From an uncultured bacterium (GTDB taxonomy: Bacteria > Patescibacteriota > Patescibacteriia > Patescibacteriales > UBA12465), in the NCBI GenBank assembly GCA_942492765.1, contig OW818634.1, positions 537,159 through 601,158 of the forward strand: DNA of 64,000 bases, in the 5' to 3' direction. The position numbers were made by a program, and so were the translations under genes. Of the stretch, positions 44,369 to 53,496 are shown one piece after another. The notes beneath the pieces were generated by a model, which worked only from the letters and a program-made list of their open reading frames with translations, did not search any database and was not told where the DNA came from. The stretch's first letter is position 1, and each line of letters starts with the position of its first letter.

Positions 44369-45150
44369 ATGCTGACTTTCCTCTGTCGCAGGGCCTCGTA
44401 AATGATTACGGCGGCTGATACGGAAACGTTGAGTGAATCAATCCCGGCCCTCATCGGTATCTTTATAAGTTGATCTGCCTCTTCCAGCCATTGTTTGCTT
44501 AGTCCTTCGGCTTCCGAGCCTAAAACTATAGCAATTCGGCCGCTCAGATCAGCATCGGTATATATCTTAGCCCCGATAGTCGCTGCGCCGAAGCTCTTAA
44601 TCTTATTATGCTTCAACCATTTGATTGTTTCAGCCACAGGAGCGCTAACGATATTTTCCGTAAAGACATGGCCTTCGCTCGCCCGAATCACATTCGGATT
44701 ATAGATATCCGTCTGATTGTTGTTGATGATCACTGCGTCCGCTCCGGCAGCATAAGCCGTCCTGATTATCCCGCCGAGATTCCCGGGCTTCTCGACGTTC
44801 TCTAGAATCACTATCATCGCTCCATTATTAACATCTAAGTCTGCCAGCGTTTTATCTTTCGGTCTGGCTATAGCCAGAAAACCGTCAGGATTTTCTTTAT
44901 AGCAGATCTTCTTCAAGACCGTTTCAGAAACTTCTATCTTTTTATCCTGACTTATCTTACCTAAAACATCCATCTTATCGGGCGAGGTTCCTGGGCAATG
45001 AAATAAAGACACTATTTCAATTTGCGCCCGCAATGCCATTTCTATTTCTCTTAAGCCATCAATCAGGATCAATCCACTTTCTTTCCTTTCTCCAGATTTT
45101 TTCAAAGCCGTCACGTCTTTGATTGTTTTATTGGCTAAACTAGTGATCAT
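44365..45150 (-). CDS. TrmH/SpoU-family RNA 2'-O-methyltransferase
   Basis: SpoU motifs LENVEKPGNLGGIIRTA, IVLGSEAEGLS and IPMRAGIDSLNVSVSAAVIIYE. Start moved to the ATG at 45150 because the 29-codon extension contains the upstream gene's terminator hairpin. Confidence 0.85.
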   Translation of the reverse strand: MITSLANKTIKDVTALKKSGERKESGLILIDGLREIEMALRAQIEIVSLFHCPGTSPDKMDVLGKISQDKKIEVSETVLKKICYKENPDGFLAIARPKDKTLADLDVNNGAMIVILENVEKPGNLGGIIRTAYAAGADAVIINNNQTDIYNPNVIRASEGHVFTENIVSAPVAETIKWLKHNKIKSFGAATIGAKIYTDADLSGRIAIVLGSEAEGLSKQWLEEADQLIKIPMRAGIDSLNVSVSAAVIIYEALRQRKVSI

Positions 45151-45185
45151 ATGTTTATGAATTACGTCGTCTTCATTATAACAAC

Positions 45186-45214
45186 AAAAACCCCGCTTTT
45201 CAAAGCGGGGTTTT
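45186..45214 (-). terminator. Intrinsic terminator of ORF 45250..45738
   Basis: The minus strand reads CCCCGCTTTgaaAAGCGGGGttttt. Confidence 0.8.
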
Positions 45215-45249
45215 AAAATATTTCTATAGTCAACCATCTATGCGGGTGC

Positions 45250-45738
45250 TTAGTATTGGCTTTGATTTGGGCCACCGATGATTTTGCCTTTTCTTGCAGG
45301 AAACTCACTTACATCAACCTTGTTAGCAAGGACCTTAACACTATTTTTAATGGTATGCATTTCAGGAAGTATTCCCTTCTTAATACCTTCTCTAGCGGCT
45401 AAAATAGCATTTTCAGCATTAGCAAATTGCTGCTTACCAAAAAGCATTCTACCAATAAGATTCTTCTTACCATCTATCTCCTTTTGCATTTCATCTAGTT
45501 TCTGACTAGCTAAGGATAATAATTCTTCAGACTTTTTACTATCACCTCCCTGCTCTTTCCTAAAGCCTTCCAGCTCTTGCTTAGCGACATTTAAGCGCTC
45601 AGCATCGTCTTTCTTAATGTTTTCAACATCAGTCGGAGCCATTTCTTTAGCAACGACATTCTTTTCCTCTTCCATCTTAGGCTGTTCAGACTTAGCCTCT
45701 TTCGTTTCCATGCCGGTCGGCATTTCATTGGTATTCAT
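45250..45738 (-). CDS. Hypothetical protein (162 aa), GC-poor, coiled-coil-like
   Basis: ATG ORF followed by a strong terminator. No motif recognised. Confidence 0.55.
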   Translation of the reverse strand: MNTNEMPTGMETKEAKSEQPKMEEEKNVVAKEMAPTDVENIKKDDAERLNVAKQELEGFRKEQGGDSKKSEELLSLASQKLDEMQKEIDGKKNLIGRMLFGKQQFANAENAILAAREGIKKGILPEMHTIKNSVKVLANKVDVSEFPARKGKIIGGPNQSQY

Positions 45739-45860
45739 AAATATAAGATTAATGATTAATTCTTATGGTTATATAATAACACATTATTTAAAAAAAATCA
45801 AGTCCCCTTATCCATTATTCACAGTCTATGATATAATTACCCCATAATTATACACTTATT

Positions 45861-48689
45861 ATGCCAATTCCACAACTAAAAAGGAAATCGTCTGTTTGGA
45901 GAGACAGGGGCTCCTACCGCGGACAAAAATCTACTAATAATAGCAAAAATAGACCATTGTGGCGCAGGCTAATCAAGCCAGTCTTGCTTTTTGGTTTTTT
46001 TTGTTTAATATTCGCTGTTATTTATGTATTCTTGGTGTCTCGAAATCTCCCCAATCCGAACCAATTGATGACGCGGGAGGTTGCTCAGAGCACTAAGATC
46101 TATGACCGCGCTGGAGAAAATATCCTTTATGAAATCAGCGGCAATCAAAGAAGGACTCTAGTAGCCTTAAAAGATATCCCTGACTATGTTAAACAAGCCA
46201 CGGTTGCGATAGAGGATAAGAATTTCTATAAGCATGGGGCCTTTAGCGTCTGGTCTATGGTTAGAACGGCTATAACCAACGTCATCTTCAACCGCAGCGC
46301 CGGCGGCTCTACCTTAACCCAGCAATTCATCAAGAATGCTGTCCTAACGAACGAAAAGACCATCACTCGCAAAGTAAAAGAACTGGTCCTGTCTTATCGC
46401 TTAGAAAAAAAATTCTCAAAAGACGAAATCTTGCAGATGTATCTTAATGAAATTCCCTACGGATCTAACGCTTATGGCGTCGAAGCGGCCAGTCAGAAAT
46501 ATTTCGGCAAGAACGTAAAAGACGTTTCTTTGTCCGAGGCTGCTATTCTCGCGGCCATCGTTCAAGTTCCCAGCCGTTATTCTCCCTATGGACCCAACAA
46601 AGATTTATTACTGGGGAGAAAAGATTATGTTTTGAATCTCATGGCTGAACAGGGCTATATTTCTGAAGCGGAGCGCGACGCAGCCAAGACTCAGGAGATA
46701 AAATTCAATGGTCCAGAAACTAATATCACTGCGCCTCATTTTGTCATGTATATAAAAGATATCCTGGCTGATAAGTATGGAGAAAAGATGGTCGAGCAGG
46801 AAGGCCTAAAAATTTACACAACCCTCGATCTTTATAAGCAGCAGGCGGCTGAGGAGGCAATTGCTAATCGAACAAAAGATTACCCGGAAAAATACGGAGC
46901 CAATAATGCCTCTCTCGTCGCCATCGATCCGAAAACCGGACAGATTTTGGCCATGGTTGGCAGCCGCGATTATTTTGATGATTCTATTGACGGTCAGGTC
47001 AACGTGGCGACTCGCCCGCGCCAGCCAGGATCTTCAATGAAACCGATAGTTTACGCCGCTCTATTTGAAAAGGGTTATACTCCAGACACAATCCTTTACG
47101 ACGTCGTAACTAATTTTTCAACCAACCCCTCTCAGCCCTATGAACCCCATAATTATAGTGGCCAAGAGCTGGGCCCAGTCAGCATCCGCAAGGCTTTGGC
47201 TGGATCATTGAATATTCCGGCGGTGAAGGCTATTTATCTAGCCGATATTAATAGTGTCATCGACTTGGCAGAGAATTTAGGCTACTCAACGCTCTACCCG
47301 CGCAGCCGCTTTGGCCTCTCCTTGGTCCTAGGGGGCGGAGAAGTGAAGCTCTTGGAACATGTTAACGCTTATAGCGCGTTCGCTCGTGACGGGCAGATTA
47401 GCCCCATTGTCAGCATCTTAAAAGTTGAAGACAAGAACGGAAAAATCTTAGAAGAATATCAGCCCTCGGAAAAAAAGGCGCTAAACTCGAAAGTGGTCAG
47501 AATGATAAATAGCATCTTATCTGATAATGATGCCAGAACCTATGTCTTTGGCGCTAAAAACTTCTTGACTCTGGGCAATAGGCCGGTCGCCGCTAAGACC
47601 GGGACTACTAATGATTTTCATGATGCCTGGACCATCGGCTATACCCCCTCTTTGGTCGCCGGCGTCTGGGTCGGCAATAGTGATAATAAAGCTATGAAGG
47701 GCAAGGCTGACGGTAGTGTCCTGGCCGCACCTATCTGGCACGACTTCATGGCCAAAGTCTTGGGCGACACTCCAGCAGAAACATTCAAGGCCCCTGATGA
47801 TTACAAGACTGGGAAGCCTATACTAGACGGTGTCATTCCAACCGAGACCGTCCCCGTAGACATTACGACCGGGCTGCCGGCCAGCAGCTCGACGCCACTA
47901 GAATTAACCGGCCAAAGAACCGGACCAGCTTATCACAGTATCTTATATTATATAGACAAAAATGACCCATTAGGCTCAGCGCCTGCCGACCCCGCGCAAG
48001 ACCCCCAATTCAATCTTTGGGAAAATGCGGTCAAAAAATGGGCGGAAAAGAACGCCACTTCAACAGCCGTCGTTTCCGAGTCTTCGCTTTCGGCTAATAG
48101 GCCCGCGATAAGAATAATCGCGCCGCTAGCCAACCAACCAGTAACCTCCAACAATATTGATGTCCAGGTCGAAGCGACCGCTACAAACGGCATCAGCCGC
48201 GTTGAATACTATCTTAACGGCAATCTCTGGCAGACCGTAGCCGGAACTGCCCCTTTCAACCAATCAGTCTCCTTCTTAAATAATGGCTATCATACCCTAA
48301 AAGCCATTGTCTGTGATAATGCCGAGAATTGCAGCGAGGCGTCGGTCAATTTTAACTTGAATATCAAAAATAATCCGGTTAGTTCAAGTAAGGGCTCAAT
48401 AGAATTGAGCGGCTTAGCTTCCGGCGCTAACCTTAATTCCAGTTCTTTCCCCGTGTCGCTTAAGCTGAAAATTTCTAAACCCGAAAGAGCCGCCTCTATC
48501 AACGTGTTCATAAAAAATGCCGCCAATGGCAGTCTAGCCAATCTTAAAGATATCGGTGCCCCTCTTGCTTCAACGGAAGTATCTTGGGACAATCCTCCGC
48601 CCGCTGGAAAATATCTCCTTTACGCCCAGCTTAACGACTGGAGTGGAGATACGATAAAAAGCAACGAGATAGAAGTAAACATGAAATAA
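45861..48689 (+). CDS. Class A penicillin-binding protein (PBP1A: glycosyltransferase + transpeptidase) with C-terminal Ig-like domains
   Basis: TM anchor; GT51 motifs EDKNFYKHGA, GGSTLTQQ, RKVKE; transpeptidase motifs SSMK (RQPGSSMKP), SLN, KTGTT; an extra ~300 aa of beta-rich C-terminus. Confidence 0.93.
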   Translation: MPIPQLKRKSSVWRDRGSYRGQKSTNNSKNRPLWRRLIKPVLLFGFFCLIFAVIYVFLVSRNLPNPNQLMTREVAQSTKIYDRAGENILYEISGNQRRTLVALKDIPDYVKQATVAIEDKNFYKHGAFSVWSMVRTAITNVIFNRSAGGSTLTQQFIKNAVLTNEKTITRKVKELVLSYRLEKKFSKDEILQMYLNEIPYGSNAYGVEAASQKYFGKNVKDVSLSEAAILAAIVQVPSRYSPYGPNKDLLLGRKDYVLNLMAEQGYISEAERDAAKTQEIKFNGPETNITAPHFVMYIKDILADKYGEKMVEQEGLKIYTTLDLYKQQAAEEAIANRTKDYPEKYGANNASLVAIDPKTGQILAMVGSRDYFDDSIDGQVNVATRPRQPGSSMKPIVYAALFEKGYTPDTILYDVVTNFSTNPSQPYEPHNYSGQELGPVSIRKALAGSLNIPAVKAIYLADINSVIDLAENLGYSTLYPRSRFGLSLVLGGGEVKLLEHVNAYSAFARDGQISPIVSILKVEDKNGKILEEYQPSEKKALNSKVVRMINSILSDNDARTYVFGAKNFLTLGNRPVAAKTGTTNDFHDAWTIGYTPSLVAGVWVGNSDNKAMKGKADGSVLAAPIWHDFMAKVLGDTPAETFKAPDDYKTGKPILDGVIPTETVPVDITTGLPASSSTPLELTGQRTGPAYHSILYYIDKNDPLGSAPADPAQDPQFNLWENAVKKWAEKNATSTAVVSESSLSANRPAIRIIAPLANQPVTSNNIDVQVEATATNGISRVEYYLNGNLWQTVAGTAPFNQSVSFLNNGYHTLKAIVCDNAENCSEASVNFNLNIKNNPVSSSKGSIELSGLASGANLNSSSFPVSLKLKISKPERAASINVFIKNAANGSLANLKDIGAPLASTEVSWDNPPPAGKYLLYAQLNDWSGDTIKSNEIEVNMK

Positions 48690-48690
48690 C

Positions 48691-48718
48691 AAAACAGCCC
48701 CGTATGGGGCTGTTTTTT
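48691..48718. terminator. Bidirectional intrinsic terminator between convergent genes
   Basis: aaaACAGCCCCgtatGGGGCTGTtttttt. Confidence 0.85.
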
Positions 48719-48741
48719 AAATGCCTAATAATAGGCCAGCG

Positions 48742-49866
48742 TTACTGCCTGATCGGCATGATAATATAAAGATAGCCATCCTCTTTCTCTGCTCGCAGGA
48801 CACAAGGCGTATTGCTATTCAATATTCCGATTTTAACTAGATCTCCATTGATATTATTAAGTCCATCTACTAAATATCGATAATTTATCGTTATTTCATT
48901 ATCGCCGCCATCAATACTGGCCTCTACTTCTACTTGGCTTTCACCACTAGCCCCGGAAAAGGCGGAAACAATAATCTTATTTTTGGTAAATTTAAGGGTA
49001 ACGTCGTTAATACCAGTCTTTGAGAAAAGGGCCGAGGCTTTTACTGCCCTCATAAGCTCCTGTCTCTCGACCATAACCTTGGTCTGGCTCTGCGCTGGAA
49101 TAATCTGCTTATAGTCAGGGTAATGGCCATTAATGAGGCGAGAGATAAGATCCACAGAATCAACCGTGAACAATACCTGATTATCGGCTATATAAATCTT
49201 AACGTCAGCCTCGGATTCTAGCGCGCTCATGTCGATACTATTCAATATCCTGAGAAACTCTTGCGCGGTTTTAGCCGGAACGATTACCTTAGCGTCGTCT
49301 TTAGCTCCATTATTAATGACGGCTAATTCGCTTTCGGCTAAACGATAACTATCTGTGGCCGCTAAACTCAGCTTGTCTTTAGAAAAGGAAAACAATACCC
49401 CCGTCAGCTCAACCCTATTCTCGCTAGCCGACACGGCAAAGATCACACTATTTAAAGATCTTTTAAAATCATTGATCTGGCAACTGAAATATCCATCTTT
49501 AGGAATAACTGGGATTAAAGGAAATTCTTTAGCTAGCCCTCCCTTTATCTTAGTCTTATAGCTACCACATTCTAATTTCAATTCTCCGTCCTTCTCCTCT
49601 AACTTGACGTTTTCGCTGCCGTTAAGCAGATTCACATATTCTGTAATCAATTTAGAGTCAACCGTAAATTGCCCCTCAGTTTCAATTTTTCCTCTGAGCT
49701 GGTGGACAACGCCAATTTCCAGGTTAGTGCTGACCAGCTCAATATTACCACCCTCTGCTTTTATCAGAATATTATTAAGGATGGGCAGGTTGATATTTTT
49801 GGTCGTAACATGTCCTACTATGTTTAACCCTCTTTTTAAGTTTTCCTGTTTGCAGACTAAGCGCAT
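48742..49866 (-). CDS. dnaN: DNA polymerase III beta sliding clamp
   Basis: 374 aa with a three-domain clamp pattern (N-terminal MRLVCKQENLKRGL..., C-terminal MPIRQ) and the canonical position downstream of dnaA. Confidence 0.93.
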   Translation of the reverse strand: MRLVCKQENLKRGLNIVGHVTTKNINLPILNNILIKAEGGNIELVSTNLEIGVVHQLRGKIETEGQFTVDSKLITEYVNLLNGSENVKLEEKDGELKLECGSYKTKIKGGLAKEFPLIPVIPKDGYFSCQINDFKRSLNSVIFAVSASENRVELTGVLFSFSKDKLSLAATDSYRLAESELAVINNGAKDDAKVIVPAKTAQEFLRILNSIDMSALESEADVKIYIADNQVLFTVDSVDLISRLINGHYPDYKQIIPAQSQTKVMVERQELMRAVKASALFSKTGINDVTLKFTKNKIIVSAFSGASGESQVEVEASIDGGDNEITINYRYLVDGLNNINGDLVKIGILNSNTPCVLRAEKEDGYLYIIMPIRQ

Positions 49867-50144
49867 ATATTTAATTGTTATTATATTATTAATTTATATA
49901 TATTAAACTAATAATAGTAATAAGGGCGTGGATAACTTTGAGTTTGTTCGTTTTTTTGTTTTTTTGTTCAGCTTTTTTTCGATTCTCTTGGGGAAAAAAG
50001 CTTGTCTTAATTGTTTCTTATTTTTTGCTCTTTGCGGACAACTTCTAGAAATGCTTTTTTATTCACAAGATGCGACTTTTTTTAACCAGGAATATAACAG
50101 GTTGTTAACAGGGTATTCCACAGAAAATACGGCCGAGGAAGAAA
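49867..50144. other. Candidate oriC unwinding module (dnaA-dnaN spacer): AT-rich DUE, DnaA-trio-like repeats, GC cluster, DnaA boxes
   Basis: The AT-rich stretch 49867-49908 has only 2 G/C in 42 nt. TAA TAA TAG TAA TAA lies at 49909-49923, GGGCG at 49924-49928. DnaA-box-like 9-mers: cGTGGATAA (49927-35, 8/9) and TTATtCACA (50059-67, 8/9), plus weaker TGcGGAcAA (50031-39) and TatTCCACA (50114-22). Confidence 0.65.
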
Positions 50145-51566
50145 TTAGTATGAGGAATTGAAAAGCTGGCGGATAGAATTTAGCTCTTGTTTTACCTTCT
50201 CATTGCCAAGCTCTTTGATTTCGTGGCTGATCTTGGTATACGAGTGCATGGCTGTGGTGTGATCGCGTCCGCCAAGCTCCGCGCCAATACTGGGGTAGGA
50301 GGTGCCGATATCTTCTCTGATGAGGAAAATAGCAACCTGTCTCGGCCAGACTAGTTCCTTCTTGCGGCTCTTTCCAATTAGATCCTTATAGGTTGTATTA
50401 TAAAACTTAGCCGCAGCCTCGACAATCTCCTTTGGTGTCAGTGATTTAACTTTTATATTAGAGACATAATCGCTCAGAATTTCTTTGACGCTCTTTAGGT
50501 TGGGGGTTAGACCCTTGAATTGATGGGAGGCGATGACCTTTATTAAAGCTCCTTCTAATTCGCGGATATTATTCTGAACGTGTTCGCCGATATAGGCCAA
50601 GATCTCTCTGTCTAGCGGGCAACCCTTCTCAATCGCTTTTTTTTCTAAGATAGCGATCTTGGTTTCAATATCGGGCTTGCCGACATCGGCCACCATGCCC
50701 GACTCGAAGCGAGAAATTAGGCGGCTCTCGATTGCCGGAATAGATTTTGGCGGACGATCAGAAGTAAGAACTATCTGCTTGTCATTCTGTTGCAGTTCGT
50801 TGAAGGTGTGAAAGAATTCTTCCTGAGTTCCGTCCTTGCCGCCCATGAATTGAACGTCGTCTACTAAGAATAGGTCGACGTTGCGGTAGAGGTTCTTAAA
50901 TTCTTTGGCCTTGCCGCTTTTTACGGCCTGGATATAGTTGTTGGTGAATTTTTCGCTGGTAGCGTACAATATCTTCTTGTTAGTATTCTTAGCAACCGCA
51001 TTGCCGATGGCTTGCAAGAGGTGGGTTTTTCCCAGCCCGACTCCGCCGTAGATGAATAAAGGATTATAGGATTTGCCTAAATTTTCAACGACAGCTAGGC
51101 AGGCAGCATGCGCCAATTCGTTGCCGCGGCCGACAATAAAGTTTTCAAAGACGTAGCGCGGATTAAGTCCGTGCTGATTGACCGTTCCGCTTACCGGAGC
51201 CGGACCATTCGGGTTATTGTTGGAAACAGCGGTTCTCTTTTCCTGTTTGTTCGCGGAGCCGCCATCTTCTTCTTTATCTTCCGGCCTATCAACCATCAAG
51301 ATCGGTACCGGGCCGCGTCTTAACTCTATCTTATATATGATCTCTTGAATCTTCTGTTTAGTGACGCTCTCTAGGGCGCTGAGAATATTCTTATGATATT
51401 TTTCCTCTAGCCATTTTTTGACGAAAGCGTTTGGAACGCAAACGATAATCCGGTCATTCTCGAAGGAAGAAATGAAAGTATCCTTAAACCAAGTAACAAA
51501 ATTAGCTCTGGATAAGCTTAATTCTATTTCTCCTAAGACGGCTTGCCAGATTTGTTCGCTAGTCAT
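50145..51566 (-). CDS. dnaA: Chromosomal replication initiator DnaA
   Basis: AAA+ Walker A GGVGLGKTHLL, Walker B LLVDDVQF, and a C-terminal DNA-binding domain with GGRDHTTAMHS. Confidence 0.97.
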   Translation of the reverse strand: MTSEQIWQAVLGEIELSLSRANFVTWFKDTFISSFENDRIIVCVPNAFVKKWLEEKYHKNILSALESVTKQKIQEIIYKIELRRGPVPILMVDRPEDKEEDGGSANKQEKRTAVSNNNPNGPAPVSGTVNQHGLNPRYVFENFIVGRGNELAHAACLAVVENLGKSYNPLFIYGGVGLGKTHLLQAIGNAVAKNTNKKILYATSEKFTNNYIQAVKSGKAKEFKNLYRNVDLFLVDDVQFMGGKDGTQEEFFHTFNELQQNDKQIVLTSDRPPKSIPAIESRLISRFESGMVADVGKPDIETKIAILEKKAIEKGCPLDREILAYIGEHVQNNIRELEGALIKVIASHQFKGLTPNLKSVKEILSDYVSNIKVKSLTPKEIVEAAAKFYNTTYKDLIGKSRKKELVWPRQVAIFLIREDIGTSYPSIGAELGGRDHTTAMHSYTKISHEIKELGNEKVKQELNSIRQLFNSSY

Positions 51567-51719
51567 AGTAGTGTTTAGTATCCTGATTTGCGGATATTTA
51601 TTACAGATTTATATCAGCTTTATTATATTAGATAAACTAGTTTACCACAAGTTTGCTTGTTGTTTATGATATGTTGATAATCAGGGGATAACTTTTAAAA
51701 GTGGATTTTCAAGGCTTTA
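51567..51719. other. DnaA-box cluster upstream of dnaA (second oriC/autoregulatory module)
   Basis: TGTtGATAA (51672-80, 8/9), plus the 7/9 matches TGcGGATAt (51588-96), TTtaCCACA (51641-49) and aGgGGATAA (51683-91). Confidence 0.5.
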
Positions 51720-51748
51720 TTGACTCTAGCAAATAAAAGTGTTATCTT
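51720..51748 (+). promoter_or_regulatory. Sigma70-type promoter for rpmH-rnpA-yidD-yidC
   Basis: TTGACT (51720-51725), a 17-nt spacer, then TATCTT (51743-51748). Confidence 0.5.
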
Positions 51749-51778
51749 ATAGGAGAATAATAAATTAAATTTGATCTT

Positions 51779-51916
51779 ATGCCGAAAAGGACTTATCAGC
51801 CTAATAAGAAGCGGGCTAAAACAAAACATGGCTTCATCGAAAGAATGAGCACTAAGGATGGACGGGATGTTTTGAAGCGCCGCCGCGATAAAGGACGCAA
51901 AAAATTGACAAAATAA
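51779..51916 (+). CDS. rpmH: 50S ribosomal protein L34
   Basis: Not in the ORF track because it is under 60 aa. The hand translation [45 protein letters not shown] is canonical L34, in the canonical position before rnpA. Confidence 0.93.
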   Translation: MPKRTYQPNKKRAKTKHGFIERMSTKDGRDVLKRRRDKGRKKLTK

Positions 51917-51934
51917 GCGATATTAACACGCCCG

Positions 51935-52276
51935 ATGTTAAAAAAGACTAACCGAATAACCAAAGATAAAGAGTTTGACCGAGTTTTTAAGACCGGTCAA
52001 TCTTTTTATACAAAGGTTTTTGGAGTTAAGGCGGCCGACAACGATCTTGGAACAGTTCGCCTTGGTGTGCTAGTTAGCACTAAAGTTAGCAAAAAAGCCG
52101 TTGTAAGGAATAAGCTGAAACGACAGATTCGAGAAATAATCCAAAAAGAATTACCGGGGCTAAAAGAGGGGAAAGATCTAGTTATTATAGTATTTTCTCA
52201 AATATTAGATAAAAATTTTGAAGAAATTAAGGATGGAATCATTTTTGGTTTAAAAAAGCTGAGATTATATAAATAA
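51935..52276 (+). CDS. rnpA: Ribonuclease P protein component
   Basis: 113 aa, basic, with an RNR-like motif (KAVVRNKLKRQIRE). Located between rpmH and yidD. Confidence 0.9.
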   Translation: MLKKTNRITKDKEFDRVFKTGQSFYTKVFGVKAADNDLGTVRLGVLVSTKVSKKAVVRNKLKRQIREIIQKELPGLKEGKDLVIIVFSQILDKNFEEIKDGIIFGLKKLRLYK

Positions 52277-52293
52277 GCTAATATTAGGTATTT

Positions 52294-52551
52294 ATGTACG
52301 AATTAATTACCCAATTTCCGCGCCGCCTAGTGGTTAAGCTAATAAAGATATATCAGAAAACCCTGTCCTTTGATCACGGCCCCTTGAAAGCGGCCTATCC
52401 TCATGGGTTTTGTCGGTTTTATCCCTCCTGCTCTCAGTATGGGGTTGAAGCCATTGAAAAATACGGTATTATAAAGGGAGGGCTGATGACTAGTTGGCGC
52501 ATCTTGCGCTGTAATCCCTGGAGCAAGGGCGGCAATGACCCGGTTAAATAG
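52294..52551 (+). CDS. yidD: Membrane protein insertion efficiency factor YidD
   Basis: Hallmark [19 protein letters not shown] and RILRCNPW. Confidence 0.93.
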   Translation: MYELITQFPRRLVVKLIKIYQKTLSFDHGPLKAAYPHGFCRFYPSCSQYGVEAIEKYGIIKGGLMTSWRILRCNPWSKGGNDPVK

Positions 52552-52598
52552 ATTTAAGGCAAGATTAATAAGTAAGGAATAATTAATTAAACAATACT

Positions 52599-53348
52599 AT
52601 GGCCAATATTTTTACAACCATCTTTTATCAGCCGATCTTAAATCTTTTAGTTTACCTATATAATACCGTTTCTTTCCATGATTTAGGCTTGGCGATCATC
52701 TTTTTGACCGTCATCTTGAAGTTATTGCTCTGGCCGCTGGGCCGCTCCGCCATCAAGTCGCAGAAATCTCTCCAGGACCTGCAGCCCAAGATAGATGAGC
52801 TCAAGAAAAAATATACTGATAAGGCGGAATTGAGCAAAGCGACCATGGATTTGTATAAGGATAACAAGGTTAATCCTTTTTCCTCTTGCCTGCCGCTCTT
52901 AATCCAGCTTCCTTTCCTGATTGCAGTGTATAGGGTTTTCCAGGACGGAGTTAATAATAAACTCGGTTATGTTTATTCCTTTATTGTCAGACCCGAAACT
53001 ATTAACCTTATTTCGTTCGGGTTCTTGGATTTGGGTAAGCCGAATATTCCGTTGGCAGTTTTGGCTGGACTAGCTCAATTCTGGCAAGCAAAGATGATGA
53101 TTACCAAGAAACCGGCAATTAAGACCGAAGGATCGAAGGATGAGAATATGGCCGCGATTATGAATAAGCAGATGCTTTATTTCATGCCAGCGATAACTAT
53201 ATTCATCGGCATCTCTCTGCCGGGCGGTCTGACTTTATATTGGTTTGTTTTGACGCTTGTGACTGTTTTGCAGCAATTACTTACTTTCAGGAAGAAAGGA
53301 AAGAAAGAGGAGACCAACAAGACTATTGAAGGGGCAATCGTAAAATAA
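52599..53348 (+). CDS. yidC: Membrane protein insertase YidC (short form)
   Basis: LAIIFLTVILKLLLWPL, MDLYKDNKVNPFSSCLPLLIQLPFLIA and GGLTLYW motifs. Confidence 0.92.
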   Translation: MANIFTTIFYQPILNLLVYLYNTVSFHDLGLAIIFLTVILKLLLWPLGRSAIKSQKSLQDLQPKIDELKKKYTDKAELSKATMDLYKDNKVNPFSSCLPLLIQLPFLIAVYRVFQDGVNNKLGYVYSFIVRPETINLISFGFLDLGKPNIPLAVLAGLAQFWQAKMMITKKPAIKTEGSKDENMAAIMNKQMLYFMPAITIFIGISLPGGLTLYWFVLTLVTVLQQLLTFRKKGKKEETNKTIEGAIVK

Positions 53349-53377
53349 TAGTGAATAAAATTTAAGGATATAAAAAA

Positions 53378-53402
53378 ATAAGGCTGGAGGGCCTTATTTT
53401 TT
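53378..53402 (+). terminator. Intrinsic terminator after yidC
   Basis: ATAAGGCtggaggGCCTTATttttt. Confidence 0.7.
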
Positions 53403-53496
53403 ATTTTGCGGGGAGGGTGGGACGACGTTGGAACGGTTTTAAACCTCAACTCCTTTAAATTTACTAATATTACTTAGAGCGACCAGTTTGTCATAT

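Noticed and set aside
45151-45237. N-terminal extensions of several ORF-track calls (45151-45237, 27891-27932, 12382-12426, 132-218, 10137-10145, 1936-1941)
   Set aside because: The extensions start at non-ATG codons. They contain an upstream terminator hairpin (45186-45214), a promoter -10 (27921-27926) or the end of the neighbouring gene. Internal ATG starts fit better.
49928-50161. 77-aa plus-strand ORF between dnaN and dnaA
   Set aside because: The product is a low-complexity F/L-rich translation of T-tract DNA in the oriC spacer. The start is GTG inside a DnaA box. Interpreted as non-coding origin sequence.
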